64,000 nucleotides of DNA from an uncultured Anaerolineales bacterium (lineage in GTDB: Bacteria; Chloroflexota; Anaerolineae; UBA7937; JACPPX01): contig CAYGBX010000007.1 in NCBI GenBank assembly GCA_964348195.1, positions 4,802-68,801 on the forward strand, written 5' to 3'. Below, one piece after another: positions 1-8,905 of this stretch (position 1 is its first letter; every line of letters begins with the position of its first letter). Below the pieces are notes generated by a model that saw only the letters and a list, made by a program, of their open reading frames with translations, ran no database searches and was not told where the DNA came from. The position numbers and the translations under genes are program-made.

Positions 1-13
1 TGAAGTTTCAGAG

Positions 14-418
14 GTGATCGACCGGCCGGTGGCCGATGTCTTCGAGTTCCACGCACACGAGCATGTCCGCAACCATCCTCGTTGGGACCCTCACATGCAG
101 CTAGGCCAGGTATCGGAAGGCCCGATCGGCGTCGGGACCATCATCAACCGGATCAACTCCCGCAGCGGTACTCCCGTTGAGGGGACGATGGAGGTTGTGG
201 AATTCGATCCCAATCGGGCCTTTGGAATGGTGATCCAGGATGGTCCTATGGAAATGCGCGGGCGGGCCACATACGAGGCTGAAGGTGAGGACCGAACCAC
301 TCTCAGGCTCAACATTGAGTTTCCTGGCATGGATGAGTCCGCGGACACTGGTTTGCTTGCGAGTCAGATTCAGCAAAGCCTTCGGAACATCAAGAGTCTC
401 ATCGAGTCTGAAGGTTGA
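14..418 (+). CDS. SRPBCC-superfamily (START/polyketide-cyclase-like) small protein. The frame is open to the window edge, so the true start may lie upstream.
   Basis: The 134-aa ORF has the typical SRPBCC N-terminal pattern (IDRPVADVFEF...). The same frame has no stop back to position 2. Confidence 0.6.
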   Translation: MIDRPVADVFEFHAHEHVRNHPRWDPHMQLGQVSEGPIGVGTIINRINSRSGTPVEGTMEVVEFDPNRAFGMVIQDGPMEMRGRATYEAEGEDRTTLRLNIEFPGMDESADTGLLASQIQQSLRNIKSLIESEG

Positions 419-626
419 TAGCCCGATGCGCGCATGGGGCGGCGGCTCTAGTAGAGGTGCTGACCACGGCTCACAGACATGGCAAGATCGGTGGAGGCCC
501 CGCCACTGAACTCGGGGCTTGAGCCTGACCCGCTTTGCTCCGGGGACAGGCAGAGCGGGGTCAAGCGGCGAAAGAAGGCGATTCCAGCTACCGGCGTTTG
601 ATGGGCCGAAGAGGTACTCTGGAGAA

Positions 627-1094
627 ATGACCACAGCACAATCGATTCTGGGCATTCTTGCAGCACTGGCAGTGACCTTTGGGACGGCGTTCGTTGGATC
701 CCGCTTTCCTGTGGATGAGTGGTACGCGGAGCTAGCCAAACCAGCGTGGAACCCGCCCAACTGGATCTTCGGTCCGGTTTGGACGTTGCTCTACCTGCTC
801 ATGGCCCTCGCGGCGTGGCTAGTCTGGCGAGAGCACGGCCTTTCTGGAGCCACTCTGCCGCTGGGAGTCTTCGTCTTGCAGCTCATTCTGAACGCGGGAT
901 GGTCATGGATCTTTTTTGGACGGCATGAGATAGGCCTGGCCCTGGTCGAGATCCTGATTCTCTGGGCCGCCATTCTCTGGACGATCATTGGGTTCTGGCG
1001 GTTGAATCCATTGAGTGGGGGGCTTATGGTGCCGTACCTCCTGTGGGTGACCTTTGCGGCGGCCCTGAATGCTGCAATCTGGCGGCTCAACTGA
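627..1094 (+). CDS. tspO: TspO/MBR tryptophan-rich sensory protein
   Basis: Family hallmark motifs are present: WYAELAKPAWNPPNWIFGPVWTLLYLLMALAAWLVW and later Trp-rich TM helices. I chose the ATG at 627 (MTTAQSILG...) over the long ORF-track start. The gene ends in TGA at 1092-1094. Confidence 0.88.
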   Translation: MTTAQSILGILAALAVTFGTAFVGSRFPVDEWYAELAKPAWNPPNWIFGPVWTLLYLLMALAAWLVWREHGLSGATLPLGVFVLQLILNAGWSWIFFGRHEIGLALVEILILWAAILWTIIGFWRLNPLSGGLMVPYLLWVTFAAALNAAIWRLN

Positions 1095-1102
1095 GGAGGC
1101 GG

Positions 1103-1837
1103 ATGGCGATTACAGAAGATCCTGAAAACTACGAGACCCGCGTCTTGTCCGACCTGGTGGATTTCGCGGGAAAGCGGGTGCTGGAGATCGGCTGCGGAAC
1201 GGGTCGCCTGACCTGGCGCTACGCGGACAAGGCTGCGCACGTCATTGGAATCGATCCGATCGCCGAAGACATCGCGACGGCGAAGGAGAACCGACCGGAT
1301 CGTTTGCGCGACAGGGTCGAGTTCTTGGAAGCCACCATCGAGGGTTACGAACTGCCTGCGGGCGCGCCGAAGTTCGATGTAGCCCTGTTCGCGTGGTCTC
1401 TCTGATGAATCGACCCTGAGGGCATGGTTCATGCCCTGAAGAAAGCGCGTCGCCTGCTGTCATCCGGCGGCATCCTCGTCAACGTTCACGATATCGACGA
1501 TCCGGCGCGGGTGGAGGTTCATGACGGCGCCCGTGTCAGCGTGGCTGGCCGGGTAGTGGACCGATCAGATTTCGACGACGAACGTCAGGCGCTCGCGGCA
1601 GTGGCTCAGGTAGTGGAAGATGGCTTGTTCGTTATGGAAGAAGAGCGCCTCTTCGACCACAACCTTCACGCCGAATCGCTCGACGTCTTGCGCGAGTACA
1701 TCGCTGAGGAATGGGAAAACACGATCCTGCCAGGGGAGACTGCACAGAAGGCTGAGGAGCTCATGAGCCGCGCGGCCGACGACGCGGAGGTGATTGTTCG
1801 CTTCTCCGCTTGGATGGCACGGCTGAGGTCTGCCTGA
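1103..1837 (+). CDS. Class I SAM-dependent methyltransferase with tandem in-frame UGA-UGA (1403-1408), a candidate Sec-Sec selenoprotein (paralogue 1)
   Basis: ORFs 1043..1405 and 1424..1837 share one frame. Joined, they give a complete Rossmann MTase: motif I VLEIGCGTG, then IGID, then FDVALFAWSL-[TGA][TGA]-IDPEGMVHALKKARRLLSSGG. ATG 1103 follows the RBS GAGGAGG. It lies 9 nt after the tspO stop, suggesting an operon. Confidence 0.75.
1419..1437 (+). promoter_or_regulatory. SECIS-like hairpin downstream of the UGA-UGA in methyltransferase 1
   Basis: AGGGCAUG-GUU-CAUGCCCU forms an 8-bp stem with G/U in the apical loop. It starts 10 nt after the second UGA. The nucleotide sequence is identical to that in paralogue 2. 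Confidence 0.5.
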
Positions 1838-2044
1838 TTGGCACCCTTATTGACAACGTGAGCTATCCCTCCTAACCTGATCCTGCCCGCATCAACGTGT
1901 GGAATCACACCGTCGCTGCGTCCCGCCACCGTCGCACTTCTCTGTTCAGATCAAAGTCCTATCAGCGTTAACACCGGCTGGGACTGCCTTGGCAATTCAA
2001 CCTTCCACCCCAGCTGCGGGTTGTAGGCGTCTCTAGGAGGAGCC

Positions 2045-3250
2045 ATGCCAGACATCAAGAAGACACGAGGGGTGATCGCGATCCTGACTGGCGGCGGGGA
2101 TGTGCCTGGCCTGAACCCCGGTATCAGGGCGATCACCTTGCGAGCCATCGGCGAAGGGTTTCAGGTCATCGGCATCCGGCGGGGCTGGCACGGACTTGTG
2201 GATATCGTGCGTGACAAGAAGGCTGACAACAGTGAGTCCTACCAAATCCTGACCGAGGGGATCGTCAACAGAGTGGGAAGGACCGGAGGCACATTCCTTC
2301 ACACCTCGCGCACCAACCCTAGTCAGCTGACCCAGGAGCTGATCCCGGAGCACCTGCGGGAGAGATACCCAGAAGAGAGAAACGATCTGACCGACGAGGT
2401 GCTGAAGAACCTGGATTTCCTGGGCGTGGACTACCTCATCCCCATCGGGGGCGACGACACGCTTGGGTACGCCGTAAAGCTCTATGAGAGGGGGGTCAAG
2501 ATGGTGGCGATCCCCAAGACGATGGACAACGACGTGCCCGGGACGGACTACTGCATCGGCTTCAGCACCTGCGTGTCGCGCACCATCATGATGACCAACA
2601 ACCTACGCACCATTGCCGGCTCTCACGAGCGGTTCCTGGTCCTGGAGGTCTTCGGACGATATGCAGGATTCACTGCTATGCTGCCGACCATGGCCGGTGC
2701 CGCCCATCGATGTGTCATCCCTGAGTACAAGTTCGACATTGAGCACCTGACTGAACTGATGGTCGCTGACCGCAACTTCAACCCGAGCCGATATTCGGTG
2801 GTCCTGGTCTCGGAAGGAGCGATGTTTGAGGGCGGCGAGATGATCTTCGAGAACGAGAGGCGGGACGCTTTTGGCCACATGAAGCTCGGCGGAATCGGCG
2901 ACCTGGTGGCGGCCAAACTCAAGCAACTCTCGCCCAGGTTCAACCAGGGCCTCGAGATCAACATCGTCAGCCAGAAGCTGGGCTATCTGGTTCGGGCAGG
3001 TGACCCCGACGCTATCGACTCCATCGTACCTATGGCCTACGGCAACCTGGCCTTGGATCTCGTTCTGGATGGTATCCACGGCCGCCTGGTGGTCTTGAAG
3101 AACGGCCGCTACGACAACGTTCCCATGGATGTGGTGACCGCCACCAAGAAGGTTGTGAACGTGGAGGAGCACTACAACACGGAGCGGCTTCGACCCAGGT
3201 TTCGTCGCTTCGGAATGAAGCCGCTGTTCATCATGACCAGCGATCGGTGA
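2045..3250 (+). CDS. pfp: 6-phosphofructokinase, probably the pyrophosphate-dependent type
   Basis: PFK motifs TGGGDVPGLN, PIGGDDT (GGDD rather than GGDG) and PKTMDNDV (Lys rather than Gly) are present. These substitutions are the established signature of PPi-PFK. Confidence 0.88.
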   Translation: MPDIKKTRGVIAILTGGGDVPGLNPGIRAITLRAIGEGFQVIGIRRGWHGLVDIVRDKKADNSESYQILTEGIVNRVGRTGGTFLHTSRTNPSQLTQELIPEHLRERYPEERNDLTDEVLKNLDFLGVDYLIPIGGDDTLGYAVKLYERGVKMVAIPKTMDNDVPGTDYCIGFSTCVSRTIMMTNNLRTIAGSHERFLVLEVFGRYAGFTAMLPTMAGAAHRCVIPEYKFDIEHLTELMVADRNFNPSRYSVVLVSEGAMFEGGEMIFENERRDAFGHMKLGGIGDLVAAKLKQLSPRFNQGLEINIVSQKLGYLVRAGDPDAIDSIVPMAYGNLALDLVLDGIHGRLVVLKNGRYDNVPMDVVTATKKVVNVEEHYNTERLRPRFRRFGMKPLFIMTSDR

Positions 3251-3379
3251 GCCAAGGGCTCACATACCTGGACTCGGGCCATGGTAGAGAGGACGTCAAG
3301 TACTCCAGCCTCAAGACTCTCTGGCTCTCGTGGCATCGGACTGCGGATTCACACGAGCCTTGCCTAGACGTGTAGTCGG

Positions 3380-3832
3380 GTGGGAGTGAAGACGAAGGCA
3401 CCCAATCCCTCCTACCTCAATCTGTGCATACCGCTTTCGATCGCCATGCATCTTCTCTTCCCAATCCAGATGCTGATCCGTTCGCCGCTGCGATACGTGG
3501 GCATCCGGCTCATTCTCTTGGGGTTGGCGCTCAACCTCGCGGCGTCGGCCCGATTGCGCGACAGCCAAACGCCTGTCGATTTCCATAAGTCCCCCGTTCG
3601 CTTGGTGACGGATGGTCCTTTTCAGATGACCAGGAATCCGATCTATCTCGGAGGTGTGGCCGTTCTCCTTGGCATCGCCATGTTCCTTGGCTCGCTCGTG
3701 ACGCTTCTGTTTCCGGTCTTCGTGCTCGTGGTACTGGATCGGATCTACGTTCCGATCGAAGAGGGTGAGATGGAGGAGCGGTTTGGACACGACTATCTTG
3801 AATACAAGCAAGCCGTGAGAAGATGGATGTGA
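3380..3832 (+). CDS. Isoprenylcysteine carboxyl / phospholipid methyltransferase-family membrane protein
   Basis: The motif GPFQMTRNPIYLGGVAVLLG...EEGEMEERFGHDYLEYKQ matches the ICMT/PEMT C-terminal signature. The protein has multiple TM helices. The start is uncertain (GTG 3380 or ATG 3446). Confidence 0.75.
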   Translation: MGVKTKAPNPSYLNLCIPLSIAMHLLFPIQMLIRSPLRYVGIRLILLGLALNLAASARLRDSQTPVDFHKSPVRLVTDGPFQMTRNPIYLGGVAVLLGIAMFLGSLVTLLFPVFVLVVLDRIYVPIEEGEMEERFGHDYLEYKQAVRRWM

Positions 3833-3909
3833 GGGGAAGGGAGCCGATCCTCTCAACCAATGGGTCATCGAAGACCATGGGGTGCCCCGGGGCCTGATGA
3901 GATGGGAGC

Positions 3910-4386
3910 GTGATGGAACGCGTCCTGCTGCGGGAGGTGGCGGAAAGTGACCTCCGGATATTCTTCGAGCAGCAACTGGATCCGGCCGCGAATCAGATGG
4001 CGGCTTTCACGGCCAAGGCCCCGGCGGACAGGGGGGCCTTCTCGGCACACTGGACCAAGATTCGGGAGGATGACAGCACTACCATAAGGACCATCCTCTT
4101 CGACGGGGCCGTGGCAGGTCACATTGCGAGCTTTGAACGGCTCGGCAAACCGGAAGTCACCTACTGGCTCGGGAGGGAGTACTGGGGCAAGGGCATCGCC
4201 ACCAAGGCGCTCTCGGAGTTCCTACGCCTCCTCAAAGTGCGCCCACTCTATGCCCGCGCTGCAAAAGACAATGTCGCCTCTGTCCGGGTCTTGGAGAAGT
4301 GTGGGTTCACGATTTCGGGCTGTGACAAGGGGTTTGCCAACGCTCGCGGGGAGGAGGTCGAGGAAGTCATCCTGGTATTGAGATAG
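3910..4386 (+). CDS. GNAT family N-acetyltransferase
   Basis: An acetyl-CoA binding-like motif is present (YWGKGIATKALSEFLR...). Size is about 158 aa. GTG 3910 or ATG 3913 are possible starts. Confidence 0.8.
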   Translation: MMERVLLREVAESDLRIFFEQQLDPAANQMAAFTAKAPADRGAFSAHWTKIREDDSTTIRTILFDGAVAGHIASFERLGKPEVTYWLGREYWGKGIATKALSEFLRLLKVRPLYARAAKDNVASVRVLEKCGFTISGCDKGFANARGEEVEEVILVLR

Positions 4387-4566
4387 GAAGTGAAGGATCA
4401 CTGGACGCAGGCGGCCGTGGACCCGCTCCTTGGAGCGCCAAGGCGACTGTTCCTGGGACAGGCAGAGGCGGCCTAGGCAGGCCCATCACACGTTGACTTG
4501 CGAAGCCGCTGGTGCTGCAATCATCGGGCAGCTCACTTGTCCTACCAAGCAGCTAGGAGGCACCGA

Positions 4567-5328
4567 ATGGCGATCAGAGAGGACCCTGAGAACAACGAAA
4601 CCCGCGCCTTGTTTGACCTGGCTGACTTCAGCGGAAAGGACGTGCTGGAGATCGGCTGTGGCGACGGCCGCATGACATGGCGGTTCGCCAACTGGGCGGA
4701 CCATGTCACGGCCATCGATCCCTATGAGGAAGGAATCAACCGGGCCAGAGAAGACCTCCCGGACGAGCTAGAGGGCCGGGTCGAGTTTCACCATATTGGC
4801 TTCGAAGACTTTGCCGCTGTCAGCCAGCCCTCAACCTTCGATATCGCCATCCTTTCCTGGTCTCTTTGATGAATGGAACACGAGGGCATGGTTCATGCCC
4901 TGGAGGAGATTCATCGCCTGCTCAGGCCCGGCGGATACCTGGTCGAGATTCATCCGTTCCCCGAAGGGTCGCTCCTCAAGGTCCTTAGAGATGGCGAGAT
5001 CCTCTTCGCCGAGCCCAGGCGGCTCTCTGAGGATGAGGACGTGCTGCACGCTGAAGAGGCTGTCGCGGAGGTAGTTGGGCGGCACCTGTTTGTCATCGAA
5101 GACACGGGAGAGTTCGACTTCTTCACCTACGCCTCATCGGTGCCTGAGCTCCGCGAGTTCAAGGAGGAGGCCAGCGCCTACGACGATTCCCCGAAGGACG
5201 AGGCGTTGGAGGCCCGGGAGGAAGAGCTGTACCGCCAGGCTGAGGAGATCATGCAGGCAACCGGGGAGGGAGCGGAAGTCGCCACTCATTCCAGGGCCTG
5301 GATCGGGCGACTCCGGCCGGTGAGGTGA
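4567..5328 (+). CDS. Class I SAM-dependent methyltransferase with tandem in-frame UGA-UGA (4867-4872), a candidate Sec-Sec selenoprotein (paralogue 2)
   Basis: ORFs 4498..4869 and 4873..5328 share one frame. Joined: VLEIGCGDG ... FDIAILSWSL-[TGA][TGA]-MEHEGMVHALEEIHRLLRPGG. ATG 4567 is preceded by AGGAGG. The protein is collinear with the 1103..1837 gene along its full length. Confidence 0.75.
4883..4901 (+). promoter_or_regulatory. SECIS-like hairpin downstream of the UGA-UGA in methyltransferase 2
   Basis: The same AGGGCAUG-GUU-CAUGCCCU hairpin starts 10 nt after the second UGA. The 21 nt GAGGGCATGGTTCATGCCCTG are identical in both paralogues, including all wobble positions. Confidence 0.5.
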
Positions 5329-5600
5329 AGCGTAGGGCGGAGAGCCTTCCCCGGGCTTTGAACCTGAGCTCGAGGCCTCACTGAACTACGCCATCACAGA
5401 AGTCCGGTGGTTCGACCTGCGCGATGAGGGTGGCTGGGACCCTGATCTGCTGAACGATCCCAGCACCTATCCCCAGCTGGTGGTTGCTAGGGAGAAGCTG
5501 GGCTACACCCCATGACTGCAGGGGTGGGTCCGGAGGGCTAGCCTGAGGCATCTGCCGGACGGGGCGCCGGAGAATTCGGAGGTAGAGGAGAGGGGCTGTC

Positions 5601-6248
5601 ATGTCGGTTCTCGAAAGGGTCGCGTTCTTCCAAGGTCGGCGCGACGAGGGTCCGAACAAGGAACTGGCCAAGGTGCTGGCAGATTCGCGGGATGAAGACG
5701 GGATCGCGGAGATCGCCCAAGGCTTGTGGCACGAAAACCAGCGGGTGCGGTCCGATTGCGTGAAGGTTGTCTACTAGATTGGCTACATCGAGCCGGAACT
5801 CATTGTCGCATTCGCGGAGGATTTCCTGAGGCTGTTGCGGAGCCGGAGCAACCGGCTGGTGTGGGGGGGGATGGCCGCGCTCGCCACCATCGCACCACTC
5901 CGAGGGGAGTACCTCTGTGGGCACTTCGAGGCGATCAAGTCCGCAATCGAGAGCGGCTCCGTTATCGCCCGCGACAGCGGCGTTAGAGTCGTGGCGGCCA
6001 TCGCCTCGAAGTCTGAAGAGTGTCGCGATCGAGCGTCTTCGTACCTGCTTCAGCATCTCTCCACCTGCAGGTCCAAGGACGTACCTCAGCACTCTGAGAG
6101 CGCGCTCCCCGCGGTATCGTCCGCCAACCGGGATGAGTTCCTCGCGGCGCTGGAGGCTCGCATGGCCGAATTGACCCCTCGCCAGGCGAAGCGCGTGGAG
6201 AAGGTGATGAGACAGGCTCACGAGATCTCCACCGATGGGAAGGAGTGA
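5601..6248 (+). pseudogene. HEAT/ARM-repeat protein interrupted by an in-frame amber codon (TAG 5775-5777)
   Basis: My translation from ATG 5601 gives MSVLERVAFFQGRRDEGPNKELAKVLADS...VKVVY-TAG-IGYIEPELIVAFAEDFLRLL... This continues in frame into ORF 5835..6248. The helical-repeat character resembles the next gene. Confidence 0.55.
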
Positions 6249-6408
6249 GGGGGTGCGCGGCGGCGTGGCATGACACGCCCTGCGCGTCGTCGAGCACACT
6301 AGGCCTCGGAGGCCCTGAGCTCCTCCCCCTGGCCGTCAGGATCCCTTCGCCCGTCCCGACTGGGCTGTGTGCATCTCGTGGTCCAGGTTCCGCCCTGCAA
6401 GGTGAGGT

Positions 6409-7164
6409 GTGAGTAAGATCGAGGAGTACCGGGCGATTCTGCAAGAGCTGAAGAATTGGGATCCATTCTTGCTGCAAGAGTCGAGGCTACCCGGGCCAAG
6501 AGCAAACCTGGAGCTCGCCTTTGCTGTGGCCTTGGATGGAGATGAAGCTCTCTTCCTGCGCTACGCAGACCTTGATGAGACAGAGGCGCCGGGGAATACG
6601 CAGCTGGAGTTCCTGGCCTTCTGCGGAGTGCTCGGGCTGGGCTATCTTGTAGCTCGAGGTCAGAGGGAACACCTCTCGGCTCTTCGTGAGAGGGCCTCAG
6701 ATTCACGGTGGCGAATTCGGGAAGCGGTTGCCTTGGGATTGCAGCGCTACGGCCAGGAGGATATGAGCGGGTTGGTCGGGGAGATGGAGTTCTGGGTCGA
6801 GGGGAATCCCCTCGAGCGGCGAGCCGCGGTAGCCGCACTGTGCGAGCCCGGTCTTCTGAGCGATCCTGAGTGGGCCCGGAAGGTCTTTGACATCCTGGAT
6901 CGGGTCACCGCCTCGGTCCGGGACGAAACGGATCGCAAGCGGGATAGCTTCAGGGTGTTGAGGAAGGCGCTTGGATACGGTTGGAGCGTGGCCGTTGCCG
7001 CCCAGCCTGACACCGGTAAAGACAGGATGGAGAAGTGGATTGGTGAAGAGGACCGGGATATTCGCTGGATCATCAAACAGAATCTGAAGAGAAAGCGGCT
7101 GACTCGGATGGACGAGGATTGGGTCGAGGCTCAATTGAAGGCAATAGGGCAGTCGAGAGCCTAG
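6409..7164 (+). CDS. HEAT-repeat protein, DNA alkylation repair (AlkD-like) family
   Basis: The 251-aa helical-repeat protein carries motifs typical of DNA-alkylation-repair HEAT proteins: DSRWRIREAVALGLQ, ...RRAAVAALCEP... and IRWIIKQNLKRKRL. Confidence 0.65.
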   Translation: MSKIEEYRAILQELKNWDPFLLQESRLPGPRANLELAFAVALDGDEALFLRYADLDETEAPGNTQLEFLAFCGVLGLGYLVARGQREHLSALRERASDSRWRIREAVALGLQRYGQEDMSGLVGEMEFWVEGNPLERRAAVAALCEPGLLSDPEWARKVFDILDRVTASVRDETDRKRDSFRVLRKALGYGWSVAVAAQPDTGKDRMEKWIGEEDRDIRWIIKQNLKRKRLTRMDEDWVEAQLKAIGQSRA

Positions 7165-7220
7165 CTAGTGGTGTGGTAGTATTGAGGTGCTGCGCGTTCC
7201 GTGGCTAACCGACTCTTCCT

Positions 7221-7655
7221 ATGAACAGAATGATCAGAGCCCTCTTCATCACCCTCGGCACCGTCAGCCTGGGTCTGGGCCTGGTGGGGATTCTCGTGCC
7301 GATCCTCCCCACGACGCCCTTCCTGCTGCTGGCAGCATTCTTCTACGCTCGGAGCTCGGAGCGGTTCCTGCGATGGCTGCTCACCAACCGGTGGTTCGGT
7401 TCATACATAAGCAACTATCGGGCAGGCCGAGGGCTACCACTGCGAGAGAAGATTGCCACCATCGTTCTCCTGTGGGCAGCCATTGGCTTCTCGACTGTCT
7501 ACGTGGTGACGGTCTGGTGGGTCAGGCTTGTCCTAATACTCATCGCCGCGGCCGTCACGATCCACCTAGTTCGACTTAGGACACTTCGGCCAGGGGATGA
7601 CTCCCCTCCGAACGCAGGTCCTCGCTCTCCCGAAGTACAGCAGCTCAACGGCTAG
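7221..7655 (+). CDS. YbaN/DUF454 family inner-membrane protein
   Basis: The family signature is clear: LGLVGILVPILPTTPFLLLAAFFYARSSERF..WLL. Confidence 0.85.
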   Translation: MNRMIRALFITLGTVSLGLGLVGILVPILPTTPFLLLAAFFYARSSERFLRWLLTNRWFGSYISNYRAGRGLPLREKIATIVLLWAAIGFSTVYVVTVWWVRLVLILIAAAVTIHLVRLRTLRPGDDSPPNAGPRSPEVQQLNG

Positions 7656-7706
7656 CGACCCCTCCCGCGAGCCCGCGGGGAGATCCATCCGATTCGCCGA
7701 TCACCT

Positions 7707-8828
7707 ATGAGAATCCCCCTGATAGCCAGGTTGGCTGTCCTGTCCCTGATCGTGCCGCTCGTAGCATGTGCGAGCCAGCCAACGCCAGTCGCCCCTCCGG
7801 TCGAGGATTCCGGACTCGGGGTGGGCACTCCTGAGCCCGTGGAAACGACGGGCCCCGAAGGTGAGGCGCCGCCGCCTGGGCTGGCTACGCCGGAGCCAAC
7901 CCCGGCGGAGTGCATCCCGATGGTGGAGGCGGCGATTCAGGAGTATCCGATGCCGTCTGGGTCCCATCCTCACGATGTGGCACCGGCGAGGGATGGCGCC
8001 GTCTGGTACACGGCCCAGCATCAGGGCGCCCTGGGCTGGCTCGATCCGATCACGGGAGAGACGCACCACATTCCTCTGGGTGCAGCGTCGGCTCCGCACG
8101 GGGTGATCGTGGGTCCGGATGGCGCGCCCTGGATCACCGACAGTGGCCTGAACGCCATCGTGCGGGTCGATCCGGAGACCCAGGTGGTCGAGATCTTTCC
8201 GTTGCCCGAGAGCGCCGGGAACGCAAACCTCAATACCGCGGTCTTCGACCGCGACGGCGTGCTTTGGTTCACGGGTCAGAATGGTGTCTACGGTCGGTTG
8301 AGACCGGAGACGGGAGAGATGGAGGTCTTTTCCGCTCCTCGCGGGCGCGGTCCATACGGCATCACCACGACGCCGGATGGATCCATCTACTATGCCTCGC
8401 TGGCGGGCAGCTATGTGGGCCATGTTGATCCCGGGACGGGTGCACCCACGGTGCTAGAGCCTCCGACGGCCAACCAGGGCGCACGCAGAGTCTGGTCGGA
8501 CTCTCGAGGGCGGATCTGGGTCAGCGAGTGGAATGCTGGCCAGGTGGCGCTCTACGATCCGAGTGACGATTCGTGGCGGGAGTGGAGGCTACCCGGAGAT
8601 CGGCCGCGAGCCTATGCTGTGTATGTGGACGATACTGACATGGTCTGGCTCAGCGACTTTGGCGGCAACGCGTTGGTGCGGTTCGATCCTGGATCGGAGG
8701 GATTCGAGGTCTTCCCGCTGCCCAGCTCCGCCGCGCAAGTTCGACAACTGCTCGGTAGGCCGGGCGAGGTATGGGGGGCCGAGTCCGGCACCGACAAGCT
8801 CGTGGTGATTCGTACACACTCCTGCTAG
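7707..8828 (+). CDS. Secreted/lipoprotein beta-propeller, virginiamycin B lyase (Vgb)-like
   Basis: There is a signal peptide with a lipobox-like LVAC. Repeated blades of the form P.G...GPDG..W.TD/..G.I.R.DP.TG are typical of COG4257 streptogramin-lyase-like proteins. Confidence 0.7.
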   Translation: MRIPLIARLAVLSLIVPLVACASQPTPVAPPVEDSGLGVGTPEPVETTGPEGEAPPPGLATPEPTPAECIPMVEAAIQEYPMPSGSHPHDVAPARDGAVWYTAQHQGALGWLDPITGETHHIPLGAASAPHGVIVGPDGAPWITDSGLNAIVRVDPETQVVEIFPLPESAGNANLNTAVFDRDGVLWFTGQNGVYGRLRPETGEMEVFSAPRGRGPYGITTTPDGSIYYASLAGSYVGHVDPGTGAPTVLEPPTANQGARRVWSDSRGRIWVSEWNAGQVALYDPSDDSWREWRLPGDRPRAYAVYVDDTDMVWLSDFGGNALVRFDPGSEGFEVFPLPSSAAQVRQLLGRPGEVWGAESGTDKLVVIRTHSC

Positions 8829-8905
8829 TTTGAGTGGTAGACGCTCTGAGGAGGGCTGTGCCCCGAGGGAGGTGCCCTCAGCCATATGGGAAAGGAGAGA
8901 GGTTC

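Noticed and set aside
1403-1408. UGA reassigned genome-wide to Trp or Gly (an alternative genetic code) as the explanation for in-frame TGA codons
   Set aside because: Many clearly complete genes in the window terminate at TGA at the expected protein end (tspO 1092-1094, pfp 3248-3250, ICMT 3830-3832, both methyltransferases' own ends). In the Prx-like gene the in-frame UGAs replace Cys positions, which fits Sec rather than Trp or Gly.
1043-1837. Methyltransferase halves as two separate genes (a naturally split enzyme) ended by a strong double stop
   Set aside because: The break lies inside the Rossmann core, between beta-4 and the following helix. The downstream ATG lacks a properly spaced RBS. 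The identical arrangement and hairpin recur in a diverged paralogue. A split gene remains a formal alternative until Sec insertion is shown.
5336-5513. Stop-to-stop open frame ending ...NYAITEVRWFDLRDEGGWDPDLLNDPSTYPQLVVAREKLGYTP, between methyltransferase 2 and the HEAT gene
   Set aside because: The frame has no ATG, GTG or TTG start with an RBS and no recognisable family. It may be a gene remnant, but I cannot support it.
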